Shown here piece after piece: positions 1 to 9,776 of a DNA stretch of 64,000 nucleotides (the first letter of the stretch is position 1; every line of letters starts with the position of its first letter). The DNA lies in contig JAZDPL010000058.1 in the NCBI GenBank assembly GCA_043797665.1, forward strand, positions 5,198-69,197, given 5' to 3'. Under the pieces are notes generated by a model, which saw only the letters and a list, made by a program, of their open reading frames with translations, was not told the DNA's origin and ran no database searches. A program made the position numbers and the translations under genes. Source of the DNA: Candidatus Omnitrophota bacterium (GTDB lineage: Bacteria; Ratteibacteria; UBA8468; MWAK01).

Positions 1-447
1 GGTACCGGCCAACATCGGACCGCCACAGATTAAAAGTCCGGGCAGATTGACCCGTAAAAGCGCCATTAACATTCCGGGAATAATTTTGTCGCAATTGGGA
101 ATTAAGACCAGACCATCGAAAGGATAGGCTTTAGCCATAACCTCAACGCTATCCGCAATAAGTTCCCGGGAAGCAAGCGAATACTTCATTCCCGAATGTC
201 CCATCGCGATACCATCGCAAACACCGATGGTACGGAATTCAAAAGGAGTCCCTCCGGCTAAATAGATTCCTCTCTTAACCGCCTCCGCAAGCAAATCCAG
301 ATGCTGGTGCCCGGGTATCAGTTCGTTTCCGGAATTAGCCACTCCGATGAAGGGACGCGCCAGTTCTGCTTCCGTATAACCCAAAGCCTTAAAAAGTGAA
401 CGGTGCGGTGCAAACCGGTAATCCTTTCGTAAAATATCACTTCGCAT
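1..447 (-). CDS. ilvD: Dihydroxy-acid dehydratase, N-terminal part (runs off the window edge)
   Basis: Manual translation from ATG at 447: MRSDILRKG...[11 protein letters not shown]...PGHQHL...[27 protein letters not shown]...[11 protein letters not shown], the classic IlvD motifs. Confidence 0.95.
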   Translation of the reverse strand, partial: MRSDILRKDYRFAPHRSLFKALGYTEAELARPFIGVANSGNELIPGHQHLDLLAEAVKRGIYLAGGTPFEFRTIGVCDGIAMGHSGMKYSLASRELIADSVEVMAKAYPFDGLVLIPNCDKIIPGMLMALLRVNLPGLLICGGPMLAGT

Positions 448-455
448 GAGGGTAA

Positions 456-487
456 GGGGTTGCTCAACTTTATTGTTGAGCAACCCC
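456..487. mobile_element. Collapsed GGGGTTG-TIR MITE remnant (32-bp palindrome)
   Basis: GGGGTTGCTCAAC-tttatt-GTTGAGCAACCCC; same termini as the 261-bp element at 33766-34026. Confidence 0.7.
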
Positions 488-489
488 TA

Positions 490-2166
490 TTATACCACGA
501 TATGACTCCAGGGTAAAACCGAATTTTCCGGCAGAACCCCGGTCATCTTTTCCGTATTGATTCCACTTTCTTTTAGAGCCTCCTCCCAGAGGTCAAAATA
601 AGAATGCTCATCCCAACCGTCAAAACGTGCCCCTTTTTTCCAGGCGCCCAGGATTACTGAAGACATCCGGCGGTCACCCCGGGCAAGTAAACATTCCAAA
701 AAACTCTGTCCATAGGAACGAAACCTTGGCGAGATATAACGACGATTACCAAAAGACTTTTGTAAAAACATCTTCTTTTCCCGGATATCTTCTCCGCTTG
801 CCATCCCGCACCTCTCCAGAGGAGTATGCGGTTTGGGAATGAAGGTATTAAAGGAAAGGTTCAGAAAAAGTATCCGGCTCAATTCTTTGATTAGACTCAC
901 GATTTCCCGGAGGTCGTCTTCGGTTTCACCGGGCAGACCCAGCATAAAATACAGTTTAAGCCTGGTCCAGCCGGCTTCTCTTGCCTGTTGCGCCTGGCTT
1001 ATCAAGTCTTTGTCCCTCATCTCCTTGCCCAATAATAGACGCAGACGTTCGGAACTTTCCGGAGCAAAGGTGAGCGCCGGCTGTTTTTTCCCTTTTTCCA
1101 CCCGGGCGGCGGACAGAACAAGGGTGTCAGCCCGGAGAGAAGGGAAAGAAACCTTCACCGTCTTTAGACGGCAGTATGGTTCAAAAATCTTCTGCAATTC
1201 CTCCAGATTCGGATAATCGCCGGAAGAAAGGGAAAGCAACGAGACCTCTTCGTATCCGGTCGCAGACAAGGATTCTTTAATCAGGGTAAGAATCTTTTGG
1301 GGCGAACGCAGCCGACAGGGGTTATAGATAATCCGCGCCTGGCAAAACTGACAACGATGGACACACCCGCGCATAATCTCTATACCGATGCGGTCGTGTA
1401 CTATTGGCAGGTAGGGAACCAACCACCTTTTGGGGAAAGGCGCACCTTCAAAATTAGTTACCACCACCCGTTTAACCTTTTCCGGAACTCCTTCTCTTTG
1501 AACCTCCAACCCCTGATAAACACCGTAAGCATTATATTGCGGTTTATAAAAAGCCGGTACATATATACCGGGAAGTTTGCTCAGAGCGAGAAGCCGTTCT
1601 GCCCGGCTCCTTCCTTTATTTTCACTCAAGACATCAAGGATATCCAGAACCGCCTCTTCGCCTTCACCGACAAAAAAAGCGTCGCAAAAATCTGCCATCG
1701 GCTCCGGCGTAAAAGCACCGGTACCGCGGGCCAGAATTATGGGGTGCTCCCTGCTGCGCTCAATACTCCGGAGCGGAATACCTCCTAAAGAAAGGACGGT
1801 GAGAAAATTACTGCAGGAAAGTTCGCCGGCCAACGTCACCCCGAGCAGGTCAAATTCGAAAAGGGGTCGCCCGGATTCCAACGAGGTGAGGAACGTCCCG
1901 TTCTCGCGCAACATCTTTTCCAAATCACGTTCCGGAGCAAAGACCCTTTCGGCGAGATAGTCCTGGTGGGCATTGATTACTTCATAAAGAATCCGTATCC
2001 CTAAGTTGGACATCCCCAATTCATAGGTTTCCGGAAAACACAGGGCAGACTTCAGTTTTACGCTATTCCAATCCTTGCGGATGATATTTACTTCACTCCC
2101 GATGTATCGGGCCGGCTTTCGGATTAGATTTAAAATTTGAGAGTCCATCGAGATTGCCACGGCCAT
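490..2166 (-). CDS. B12-binding-domain radical SAM protein (TIGR03960-like)
   Basis: KPARYIGSE, FPETYELGMSNLG, CxxxCxxC (GCVHRCQFC), GARFDGW, C-terminal LPWSHI. Confidence 0.9.
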   Translation of the reverse strand: MAVAISMDSQILNLIRKPARYIGSEVNIIRKDWNSVKLKSALCFPETYELGMSNLGIRILYEVINAHQDYLAERVFAPERDLEKMLRENGTFLTSLESGRPLFEFDLLGVTLAGELSCSNFLTVLSLGGIPLRSIERSREHPIILARGTGAFTPEPMADFCDAFFVGEGEEAVLDILDVLSENKGRSRAERLLALSKLPGIYVPAFYKPQYNAYGVYQGLEVQREGVPEKVKRVVVTNFEGAPFPKRWLVPYLPIVHDRIGIEIMRGCVHRCQFCQARIIYNPCRLRSPQKILTLIKESLSATGYEEVSLLSLSSGDYPNLEELQKIFEPYCRLKTVKVSFPSLRADTLVLSAARVEKGKKQPALTFAPESSERLRLLLGKEMRDKDLISQAQQAREAGWTRLKLYFMLGLPGETEDDLREIVSLIKELSRILFLNLSFNTFIPKPHTPLERCGMASGEDIREKKMFLQKSFGNRRYISPRFRSYGQSFLECLLARGDRRMSSVILGAWKKGARFDGWDEHSYFDLWEEALKESGINTEKMTGVLPENSVLPWSHIVV

Positions 2167-2171
2167 TGATT

Positions 2172-2203
2172 TGGATTCCCGCTTACTACACGCGGGAATG
2201 ACA
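2172..2203. repeat. GTCATTCCCG-family hairpin repeat
   Basis: TGGATTCCCGC-ttactacac-GCGGGAATGACA; about a dozen related copies in the window. Confidence 0.85.
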
Positions 2204-2214
2204 GGGGATTACAA

Positions 2215-3309
2215 TTACAAAAAGGTCTCCTGGCGTTTAATACTCAAAAGAATCCCGACCGCACTGAGAGAGGTAATCAGGGAAGAACCCCCGTAACTTA
2301 AAAAAGGAAGCGGAATTCCCACCACCGGGAGAAAACCCATCGCCATCGCGATATTAACGAATATGTGGGTCGCAAACATCGTTCCGAAACCAACCGCAAT
2401 AAAAGTCCCGGCCCGGTCCCGGGTAAAAGAGGCAATCTTAAACACTTCGTTCAGAAACAAAAAATAGACCAGAAGGAGGGCAATACCTCCTAAAAAACCC
2501 CATTCTTCGGCTAAAACCGAGAAGATGAAGTCCGTGTGGTGTTCGGGTAAAAAAGCCAAGTGTGTCTGCGTTCCCCTCAAGAAACCTTTCCCGAAGAAAC
2601 CCCCGGAACCAATGGCGATACGGGACTGAAGGATATTGTAGCCAGCCCCTAACGGGTCAACACCCGGATTCAAAAAGACTGAGATACGCCGTTTCTGGTA
2701 ATTCTTCAAGAATAACCAGAATACCGGAAGGGCAAGTAAGCCTAAGAGAAAAAGCGTAAGGAGGTGCTTTTTGGGGGTACCGGCGATATAGGCAACCGCA
2801 AAGAAAATGGGCAGGAAAATGAAAGCGGTTCCCAGGTTCGGTTGGAGAAGAATTAAAATAAAAAGGGGCAGAAAGATAAAAAGAAATGCCCACAAAAAAG
2901 TAGTAAAACGTTTAACGGAATCTTTGTTACGCGCAAAATAGTTCCCCAGAGTGAAGATATAAATCAGTTTGGCAAACTCCGAGGGTTGGAAATAAAAAAA
3001 CCCGACCTTAAACCAGCGCTGGGCTTCTGCCCGCCCATGTCCGAAAACAAGAACCGACACTAAGAGCGCCAGACTGACCAGATAGAAAAGAATGGAACTC
3101 CGGCTCCAGAAATGGAAATCGCTTTTATAAAAAAAAGCCAGTGTCCCGAACCCTAAAGCGGTCCACAACAATTGTTTGCCGAAAAGTTCGGCCAGACTCC
3201 GCCCCACTACACGACTGGCGCTAAAAATAAGGACCAGCCCGATAAAAACAAGTATTCCGGTTAAAACCAACAGGAGCGGATAAGATTTCTTCCCGGATTT
3301 TTTAGTCAT
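2215..3309 (-). CDS. rodA: Rod shape-determining protein RodA (SEDS family)
   Basis: QPSEFAK, PEHHTDFIFSVLAEEWG, GIPLPFLSYGGSS; follows mrdA. Confidence 0.95.
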   Translation of the reverse strand: MTKKSGKKSYPLLLVLTGILVFIGLVLIFSASRVVGRSLAELFGKQLLWTALGFGTLAFFYKSDFHFWSRSSILFYLVSLALLVSVLVFGHGRAEAQRWFKVGFFYFQPSEFAKLIYIFTLGNYFARNKDSVKRFTTFLWAFLFIFLPLFILILLQPNLGTAFIFLPIFFAVAYIAGTPKKHLLTLFLLGLLALPVFWLFLKNYQKRRISVFLNPGVDPLGAGYNILQSRIAIGSGGFFGKGFLRGTQTHLAFLPEHHTDFIFSVLAEEWGFLGGIALLLVYFLFLNEVFKIASFTRDRAGTFIAVGFGTMFATHIFVNIAMAMGFLPVVGIPLPFLSYGGSSLITSLSAVGILLSIKRQETFL

Positions 3310-3312
3310 TTT

Positions 3313-5076
3313 TCAGGGATTCAGATTCCCGTTTAATACATACGGGAATGAGGAATTACTTTTTGCATTTGTTTTAGTGTCCGGGGTTATCTCTTCCCGC
3401 GGAGGGAAAAAATAATCCCTTAAAACCTGCCCGGAGATAGCGGCGGCTTCCGGAGAAGCGCCGCTGTCTAAAACCACCGCCATGGCAACCTGAGGCTGCT
3501 CCGCGGGCGCATAACAAACAAAACTGCCTCGGGTAGGCATACTCAAATCGCGGGAGGCGGTCTGAGCCGTGCCGGTCTTCCCGGCCACCGTAATACCCGG
3601 AACCGCAGCGGATGCGCCGGTTCCGGAGGCAACTACTGCGGTTAGTCCTTCTTTCAAAAGGGACATGGTCGGCTCGGAAACGAAGAAATAACTCCGGAGG
3701 GAGGGTCCGAACTCTTCAATCTTAATCCCCTCCGGACTGCTGATTTCCCTCACCACTTCCGGTCTCATAATATTGCCGCCATTGGCTACGGTCGCAATAA
3801 GATTAACCATCTGAATCGGCGTAACCAAAAGGGCGCCCTGCCCGATGGAAAGATTAAGCGCACCTCCGGATTCTCCGGGCCGGGGAACAAAGCCGGCTTT
3901 TTCACCCGGCAGGTCGATACCGGTCACTACTCCCAGCCCGGCCTTGGCCGCATATTCCAATAATTTGGTTTCACCGGCCTGGATTCCAATCTGTCCAAAG
4001 TAGACATTACAGGACTGAGTCAGCGCCTCTTTGAAAGATACCCAGCCGTGTCCTTCTTCTTTCCAGCAGTGAAACTCCCGGTCACCAAAAGTAAGCAGCC
4101 CGGTACACTCATATTCATCCTGAGAAGTCACTGCACCGGTCTCAAAAGCAGCGATGGAAGTAATAATCTTAAATACGGAACCGGGTGCATAGAAACCCGC
4201 CAGGGCACGGTTTAAAAATGGTTTATCCGGACGAAAAAGGTAGGGAGCGGGGTTAGACGGGTCATAAGTGGGTTTACTCACCAGCGCCAAAACTTCTCCG
4301 GTGGAAGGGGAAAGAACCACGACCGCTCCACTGCGTTCACCGAACCTCTCGAACGCCGCTTTTTGAAGACGACCGTCGATGGTCAAAACGATGGTGTGGC
4401 CGGGCTTGGATTCTTTTTGCCCTAAAATCCGCAGCTGTTGCCCCCGGGCATTCACCTCTACCTGGGTCCCGCCGCGCTGACCGCGTAAAAGAGAATCAAA
4501 CATCTTCTCAATGCCACTGCGCCCGATTAAATCGCCGGAACGTACACCCTCATTTTTTAAAACGGGCATCTCTTCTCTGTTCACTTCCCCCAGGTAACCG
4601 ATGATAGAAGCAGCCATCATACCCAATGGGTAATACCGGATAAGACCCGCCTGAATATAGGCTCCTTTCAACTGGTGGAGGTCTTCCTCTATCTGATGAA
4701 TCTGCTCCTGGGAAAGTCCGTGGAACAAAATGTGCGGCTCAAAAGGGTTGGCAAACTTCTCACTCATCTTTTTTCTAACCTCGGCCCGGCTCATGCCAAG
4801 AATAGGACTCAGAAGTTCTGCATATTTCTCACAGTCATTATCAAGGTCAAACGGAACAAAGGCTAAATTAAATCCTAACTTATCCTCGGCCAATACGGAT
4901 CCGTTCCGGTCTAAAATTTTGCCCCGGGGAATATCCAGATATAGTGTCCGGATTGAGTTATCCTGAGAAAGGCGTTTAAACCGCTGGTAGGCGAAAATCT
5001 GGAGATAGAGTAACCCCAGAACCAGTATCATCAGCGCGGCAGAAATAGACTTCCGTAAAACGTCAAAGCGGTCCAT
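3313..5076 (-). CDS. mrdA: Penicillin-binding protein 2
   Basis: SVFK, SCN and KTG motifs; probable ATG at 5076 overlaps the mreD stop (TAATG). Confidence 0.93.
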   Translation of the reverse strand: MDRFDVLRKSISAALMILVLGLLYLQIFAYQRFKRLSQDNSIRTLYLDIPRGKILDRNGSVLAEDKLGFNLAFVPFDLDNDCEKYAELLSPILGMSRAEVRKKMSEKFANPFEPHILFHGLSQEQIHQIEEDLHQLKGAYIQAGLIRYYPLGMMAASIIGYLGEVNREEMPVLKNEGVRSGDLIGRSGIEKMFDSLLRGQRGGTQVEVNARGQQLRILGQKESKPGHTIVLTIDGRLQKAAFERFGERSGAVVVLSPSTGEVLALVSKPTYDPSNPAPYLFRPDKPFLNRALAGFYAPGSVFKIITSIAAFETGAVTSQDEYECTGLLTFGDREFHCWKEEGHGWVSFKEALTQSCNVYFGQIGIQAGETKLLEYAAKAGLGVVTGIDLPGEKAGFVPRPGESGGALNLSIGQGALLVTPIQMVNLIATVANGGNIMRPEVVREISSPEGIKIEEFGPSLRSYFFVSEPTMSLLKEGLTAVVASGTGASAAVPGITVAGKTGTAQTASRDLSMPTRGSFVCYAPAEQPQVAMAVVLDSGASPEAAAISGQVLRDYFFPPREEITPDTKTNAKSNSSFPYVLNGNLNP

Positions 5077-5555
5077 TAGGCCAGTCCCCGGTGGTAAAGG
5101 TAAAAGGCCGGCATCGCCCATATTCCATTATACAACGAAAAGATAACCGGTTTCCAAAAGAGATTCGGGCCCCAGACCGGTAAGGAAAGCATCTGGTATC
5201 CGAAAGAAAAAAAAAGGGAGAAAAAGAGAGAAAAGAAAAAGGTACTTCGGACGGTAAGTCTGATTTTTTTACCTGAGAATTTGTTGGCTAAATACGCCGC
5301 CAGCAGGTAGATAAGACTATGGCTGCCAACCGGCGAACGGAAAAAAAGGTCCTGATATAACCCTAAAGAAAACGCTACTAACAGAGATGTTGTCTCAGGA
5401 TAGAAAAGGTTTAAATAAATAATAAAAATGAGGGTTAAATCCGGCGTGATATTCAGAAAACGCAGGTATTTAAAGGCTAAATATTGAACTCCAAAATTAA
5501 GCAGCAGAACCAGGACTAAATTGCGCGGGTTAAGGGTCTGACCCCTAATATACAA
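5076..5555 (-). CDS. mreD: Rod shape-determining protein MreD
   Basis: Hydrophobic 159 aa, PDLTLIF and GLYQDL motifs, between mreC and mrdA; start uncertain. Confidence 0.85.
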   Translation of the reverse strand: MYIRGQTLNPRNLVLVLLLNFGVQYLAFKYLRFLNITPDLTLIFIIYLNLFYPETTSLLVAFSLGLYQDLFFRSPVGSHSLIYLLAAYLANKFSGKKIRLTVRSTFFFSLFFSLFFSFGYQMLSLPVWGPNLFWKPVIFSLYNGIWAMPAFYLYHRGLA

Positions 5556-6222
5556 TTACCACCTCTTTCAGGGTTGAAAAGTTGGCATTGGGACGAACTG
5601 AAACCTCCCGGAAGAAACCTTTACCAACGCTTGACTTTTGCACTGTTCCCACCGGAAGACCGGGTGGGTAATGCTGGCTTATCCGGGAAGTAACGATTGG
5701 TTCATTGACCTTAACTTCGTTCTCCGCCGGGATATATCCCACCTGAATGCTCAAAGGACCGGTACTTTCAAGAACACCCAAATTCCCGCTTTCCTGCAGA
5801 GACACACTGATTCGGCTTTGGGGATTGAGAATCGTCATCACTCTCACCAGATTACCATCCTGTCTTACCACCTGACCAATCAGGTTCCCGTCTTTATCCA
5901 AAACGAGTAAATTTTCCCTTATCCCCTCAGACTGATTTGTCGCTACCGTAAGCCAGATGGGCCATCCGATCGGGTCAACCGAAGTTACTTCACCAATTGC
6001 CGCAATGGTACCCCCCTTGCGTTCTTTTAAATGCAAAAGGTCTCTTAAGCGGCGGTTCTCTAAAGTAAGTTCCTGGATATAGGACTTTTGATAACGAACC
6101 GCGGACTCGGGAATTGGTGTTTTGCCGGTAGTATTATATCCCCGGGCGGTCAGGCGAAAAATAGCACCGGATAACAAACATAGCAGGATTAAAACAACCT
6201 CTTTCTGAAACCTCCAGAGCAT
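5545..6222 (-). CDS. mreC: Rod shape-determining protein MreC
   Basis: TM helix, ENRRLRDLL coiled coil, YPPGLPVG motif; synteny. Confidence 0.92.
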   Translation of the reverse strand: MLWRFQKEVVLILLCLLSGAIFRLTARGYNTTGKTPIPESAVRYQKSYIQELTLENRRLRDLLHLKERKGGTIAAIGEVTSVDPIGWPIWLTVATNQSEGIRENLLVLDKDGNLIGQVVRQDGNLVRVMTILNPQSRISVSLQESGNLGVLESTGPLSIQVGYIPAENEVKVNEPIVTSRISQHYPPGLPVGTVQKSSVGKGFFREVSVRPNANFSTLKEVVIVY

Positions 6223-6224
6223 AA

Positions 6225-7265
6225 TTAAACATGAACCGGGGCAATCTTGCGGAAGTAACGTTCCTCCTCAAGCATCTTTCCGGTTCCTTTAACTACTGCC
6301 AGAAGCGGTTCCTCGGCTATATGAACCGGTATTTTGGTCTCTGCGGAAAGGAGATTGGCAATCCCGCGCAGAAGGGAACCCCCGCCCGCCATAAAGATAC
6401 CCCGGACCGCCAAATCACTGGACAGTTCCGGCGGCGTACCCTCCAAAAGAGCCCGTACTTCGTTGACAATGGCAACGAGATTTTCTTTCAGCGCTTCTCT
6501 AATCTCCTCGGAATGAACCAATATCTTGCGGGGCAGACCTTCAACCAAATCACGTCCGGTCACATCCATCGTTAACTCTTCTTCCAGAGGCCAGGCGGAC
6601 CCGATTTGAATCTTAATTTCTTCGGCGGTCCGCTCCCCGACCAGAAGGTTGTATTTCTTCTTCAGGTACTCAATAATGGATTCATCCATTTCATTCCCGC
6701 CGATGCGGATACTCCGGGAAAGGACGATATCACCCAACGAAATTACCGCCATTTCCGTAGTACCTCCACCCATATCAATAACGAAATTACCGATGGGCTC
6801 CTCTACCGGAAGACCGATACCAATCGCCGCCGCCTTAGGCTCCTCAATCAAATAGACGGTCCGGGCACCCGCTTTGGTAGCGGTTTCAATAACCGCTCGC
6901 CTCTCCACACTGGTAATCCCGGAAGGTATCGCGATGACCACCCGGGGGGGCAAAAGGAACCGGTGTCTGGCGCTCTTTACCCGGTCTAAAAAATACCGCA
7001 ACATCGTCTCCGTTGCTTCAAAATCCGCAATAACTCCATCCCGTAACGGTCTCATCGCAATTATGTTGGCGGGGGTCCTACCCAGCATCCTTTTTGCTTC
7101 CATTCCTACCGCAATAACTTTACGGGTTTCCCGGTCCATCGCCACAATGGACGGCTCGGAAAGAACAATCCCTTTCCCGTGGACGTAAACAACGCTGTTG
7201 GCGGTACCCAAATCAATTCCGATATCGTTAGCCAGCCGGAAATTGAAAAATTTGTTCATTGGCAC
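6225..7265 (-). CDS. mreB: Actin-like protein MreB
   Basis: GIDLGTAN, DMGGGTTE, GGGSLL motifs. Confidence 0.97.
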   Translation of the reverse strand: MPMNKFFNFRLANDIGIDLGTANSVVYVHGKGIVLSEPSIVAMDRETRKVIAVGMEAKRMLGRTPANIIAMRPLRDGVIADFEATETMLRYFLDRVKSARHRFLLPPRVVIAIPSGITSVERRAVIETATKAGARTVYLIEEPKAAAIGIGLPVEEPIGNFVIDMGGGTTEMAVISLGDIVLSRSIRIGGNEMDESIIEYLKKKYNLLVGERTAEEIKIQIGSAWPLEEELTMDVTGRDLVEGLPRKILVHSEEIREALKENLVAIVNEVRALLEGTPPELSSDLAVRGIFMAGGGSLLRGIANLLSAETKIPVHIAEEPLLAVVKGTGKMLEEERYFRKIAPVHV

Positions 7266-7342
7266 TCCTTTGTGATAAAATACTTAATTTCGCCCCTACA
7301 TTTCAACCTTTTTATTTTACTGTGTCCGGCAGGTAAAAGTCA

Positions 7343-9340
7343 ATGCGCTACTCTTTTAACTGGCTGCAGGAATTACTTCCGGCTGCTGAAATCTCATTCT
7401 CCGAATTATTATCCGGCCTGGCAAACATTGGCTTACATTCTCAGGATATCCTTTCCCAGAACGGCGATTATCTTTTTGAACTGGAAATACCTGCCAACCG
7501 GGGAGACCTTTTGAGCATGCGGGGTTTAGCCCGTGAAATCTCAATCTTTCTTGACCTGCCCCTTCCAATCTTATCAATCCCCTCCCCGAAAGAAGCAGAC
7601 CTTATCAAAAACATGAAAGTGGCTATCCAAAATCCGGACGCTTGTCCCTTCTATTCCGGCCGCCTGATTTCCGGCGTAGAAATTACCGAAACCCGGGGAA
7701 AGATATCCACCCGGCTTAAAGATTTAAGATTCCGGACCATAAATAACGCGGTCGACATTACCAATTATGTCCTTTTAGAATTGGGACAACCCCTCCATGC
7801 TTTTGATGCGGATAAGATTTCAGGAAACATTACGGTCCGCTTCGCCAAAGCCGGGGAAAAAATGTCTGCCCTGGATGGAACTGAGCGAAAACTCGACGAA
7901 CAGAACCTGGTAATTGCAGACTCGGCAAAAATTTTGGCTCTGGCCGGAATTATCGGTGGAAAAGACAGCGAAATTACCGAAGGAACCAAAAACATCTTTT
8001 TAGAAAGTGCTCTCTTTCAACCGGAAGTCATCCGGGCAAGTCGCAAGGCATTAGGTGTAGAGACCGAATCCTCTTTGCGGTTTGAACGGGGTATTGATCC
8101 AAAGGCAGTCGTTGCGGGCTTAAACCGGGCAGTAAACTTAATGTCTGAGGGAACGGACCTCAAATCCGGGACTCCAAATAGTCAACTTTATTGTTTAACA
8201 GCCCCTATGGTTCAAGACGGACAAATCCCCCCCCAAAAGGGAACTATTTCTCTCTATGCCACACACCTTGCCGACGTTCTGGGTATCGCAATTGAACCTG
8301 ACAGGGTTGAAATCTTATTAACGAAAATCGGTTGTTCCTTCCAAAAGGGTTGCCGAAAGGCTGATTCTTTTTGGTCGGTAGATTCTCCTTCCTATCGAAA
8401 AGACCTCTCTGAAGAGAGTGACCTGATTGAAGAAGTAGCGCGCTTTTATGGGTATGACCGGCTCCCTTCCCGACTACCCCAAATTCAATTAGTGCCGCCA
8501 CCGTCTAAAACCATCTTTTCGCTCACGGCACAAATAAAAAGATACCTTGTTTCCGCGGGATTTGACGAAGCAGTCACCTTGAACCTCCTCTCTTCCCGAA
8601 ACACCCATTCCGAAGTGAAAATTATCAATCCTTTAAACCAGGAACAGGAAACTTTGCGGGAAAGCCTTTTGCCCAACCTCATTCAGATTGGACTGGAAAA
8701 CATTCATCAGGGGAATTTGAAATTAGGGCTGTTTGAAATCGGCAAGGTGTATTCCAAAACCACTCAGGGTCCGGGTGAAGAATACCGGCTTGGAATTTTG
8801 ATTTCCGGGGAAAAGGGCGAGCTTTTGTTTATAAAATCATTACTTTTAAAATTAGCGGAGGGTTTAGGTTTGAATAACTTCAGGGTTGAAAAACGGTCAT
8901 CACCCTATTTAAAAGAAAGCGTGTCTCTTTCCTGCGGAGAAAAGGTGTGGGCTGTCTTTGGAGAGGTTCCCAATGCCAAAAATCCCTTGCTGGGAGCAGA
9001 GGTTTATCTCGAAGATTATCTTAATCCACCTCCTTCTCCGGACCGTTTTAAATCCTGGGCTAAATTTCCGGCGATAATCCGGGACTACTCTTTTTTATCT
9101 CCCGGCGCACTCCCCTGGAAGGAAATAGAAACTAAAATCTATCGCCGGTCCGAATTAATCGCACAGGTTAAACTCTTTGACCTCTACCGCTCACGGGAAT
9201 TACCAGAAGGCTTTTGCAGCATAACTTTTTCCGTTTCTTTCCAATCGGCAGAGAGAACCCTGACCCATTCGGAAATAGAATTAATCCAGGAAAGGATAAT
9301 CGCCGAATTAGAAAATCTGGGTTTAAAGCTAAGAAAATGA
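7343..9340 (+). CDS. pheT: Phenylalanine-tRNA ligase beta subunit (short form)
   Basis: NRGDLLS, INNAVDITNYVLLELGQPLHAFD, RFERG, DLIEEVAR, C-terminal FDX-ACB domain. Confidence 0.95.
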   Translation: MRYSFNWLQELLPAAEISFSELLSGLANIGLHSQDILSQNGDYLFELEIPANRGDLLSMRGLAREISIFLDLPLPILSIPSPKEADLIKNMKVAIQNPDACPFYSGRLISGVEITETRGKISTRLKDLRFRTINNAVDITNYVLLELGQPLHAFDADKISGNITVRFAKAGEKMSALDGTERKLDEQNLVIADSAKILALAGIIGGKDSEITEGTKNIFLESALFQPEVIRASRKALGVETESSLRFERGIDPKAVVAGLNRAVNLMSEGTDLKSGTPNSQLYCLTAPMVQDGQIPPQKGTISLYATHLADVLGIAIEPDRVEILLTKIGCSFQKGCRKADSFWSVDSPSYRKDLSEESDLIEEVARFYGYDRLPSRLPQIQLVPPPSKTIFSLTAQIKRYLVSAGFDEAVTLNLLSSRNTHSEVKIINPLNQEQETLRESLLPNLIQIGLENIHQGNLKLGLFEIGKVYSKTTQGPGEEYRLGILISGEKGELLFIKSLLLKLAEGLGLNNFRVEKRSSPYLKESVSLSCGEKVWAVFGEVPNAKNPLLGAEVYLEDYLNPPPSPDRFKSWAKFPAIIRDYSFLSPGALPWKEIETKIYRRSELIAQVKLFDLYRSRELPEGFCSITFSVSFQSAERTLTHSEIELIQERIIAELENLGLKLRK

Positions 9341-9639
9341 AGTACACAACAATCTCTGTTTCGCTTCTCGGCGAGAAGTATACTCTTTCCGGAAATGTGG
9401 AGATGCTCCGCCGTGCCTTGTCTATTTTTCAGGAAGTCCTGGAAAAGGTTAGAAGAGAGCATCAGGGAAGGGAAATATCTACCCACCGGTTAGCGGTAAT
9501 GACAGGCATGGCTTTGGCTTCTGAACTGGTGCACCTTCAGGAGAGAGAAAAGAAAAAGGCGGAACTATTAACTCTGGTTCAAACCCGGGTCAAGTCTTTG
9601 ATTTCAAAACTGAATCAGCATTCTGTTACAACCCCATAA
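9337..9639 (+). CDS. zapA: Cell division protein ZapA-like
   Basis: ATGA overlap with pheT stop; 100 aa, ISVSLLGEKYTL then RLAVMTGMALASEL and a coiled coil; pheT-zapA synteny is common. Confidence 0.7.
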   Translation: MKYTTISVSLLGEKYTLSGNVEMLRRALSIFQEVLEKVRREHQGREISTHRLAVMTGMALASELVHLQEREKKKAELLTLVQTRVKSLISKLNQHSVTTP

Positions 9640-9642
9640 TAC

Positions 9643-9672
9643 TTGACATCAAACATCAGATTCCATTATCAT
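9643..9672 (+). promoter_or_regulatory. Putative sigma70 promoter for tRNA-fMet
   Basis: TTGACA (9643-9648), 18 bp, TATCAT (9667-9672), just upstream of the tRNA. Confidence 0.55.
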
Positions 9673-9680
9673 ATCCTTAT

Positions 9681-9752
9681 TGCGGGGTGGAGCAGTGGCA
9701 GCTCATCGGGCCCATAACCCGAAGGTCGCAGGTTCGAATCCTGCCCCCGCTA
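9681..9752 (+). tRNA. tRNA-fMet (initiator, anticodon CAT)
   Basis: Cloverleaf; three consecutive G-C pairs in the anticodon stem (TCGGG/CCCGA), 1:72 mismatch, GGTTCGAATCC T-arm; CCA not encoded. Confidence 0.93.
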
Positions 9753-9776
9753 CTTTTATTTTTGTGACCCAAATTT

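Noticed and set aside
7270-7290. Possible Rex operator (TTGTGA...) upstream of mreB
   Set aside because: The second half-site TCACAA is missing
9640-9680. 6S RNA, often found downstream of zapA
   Set aside because: Only about 40 bp separate zapA from the tRNA, and they are occupied by a promoter
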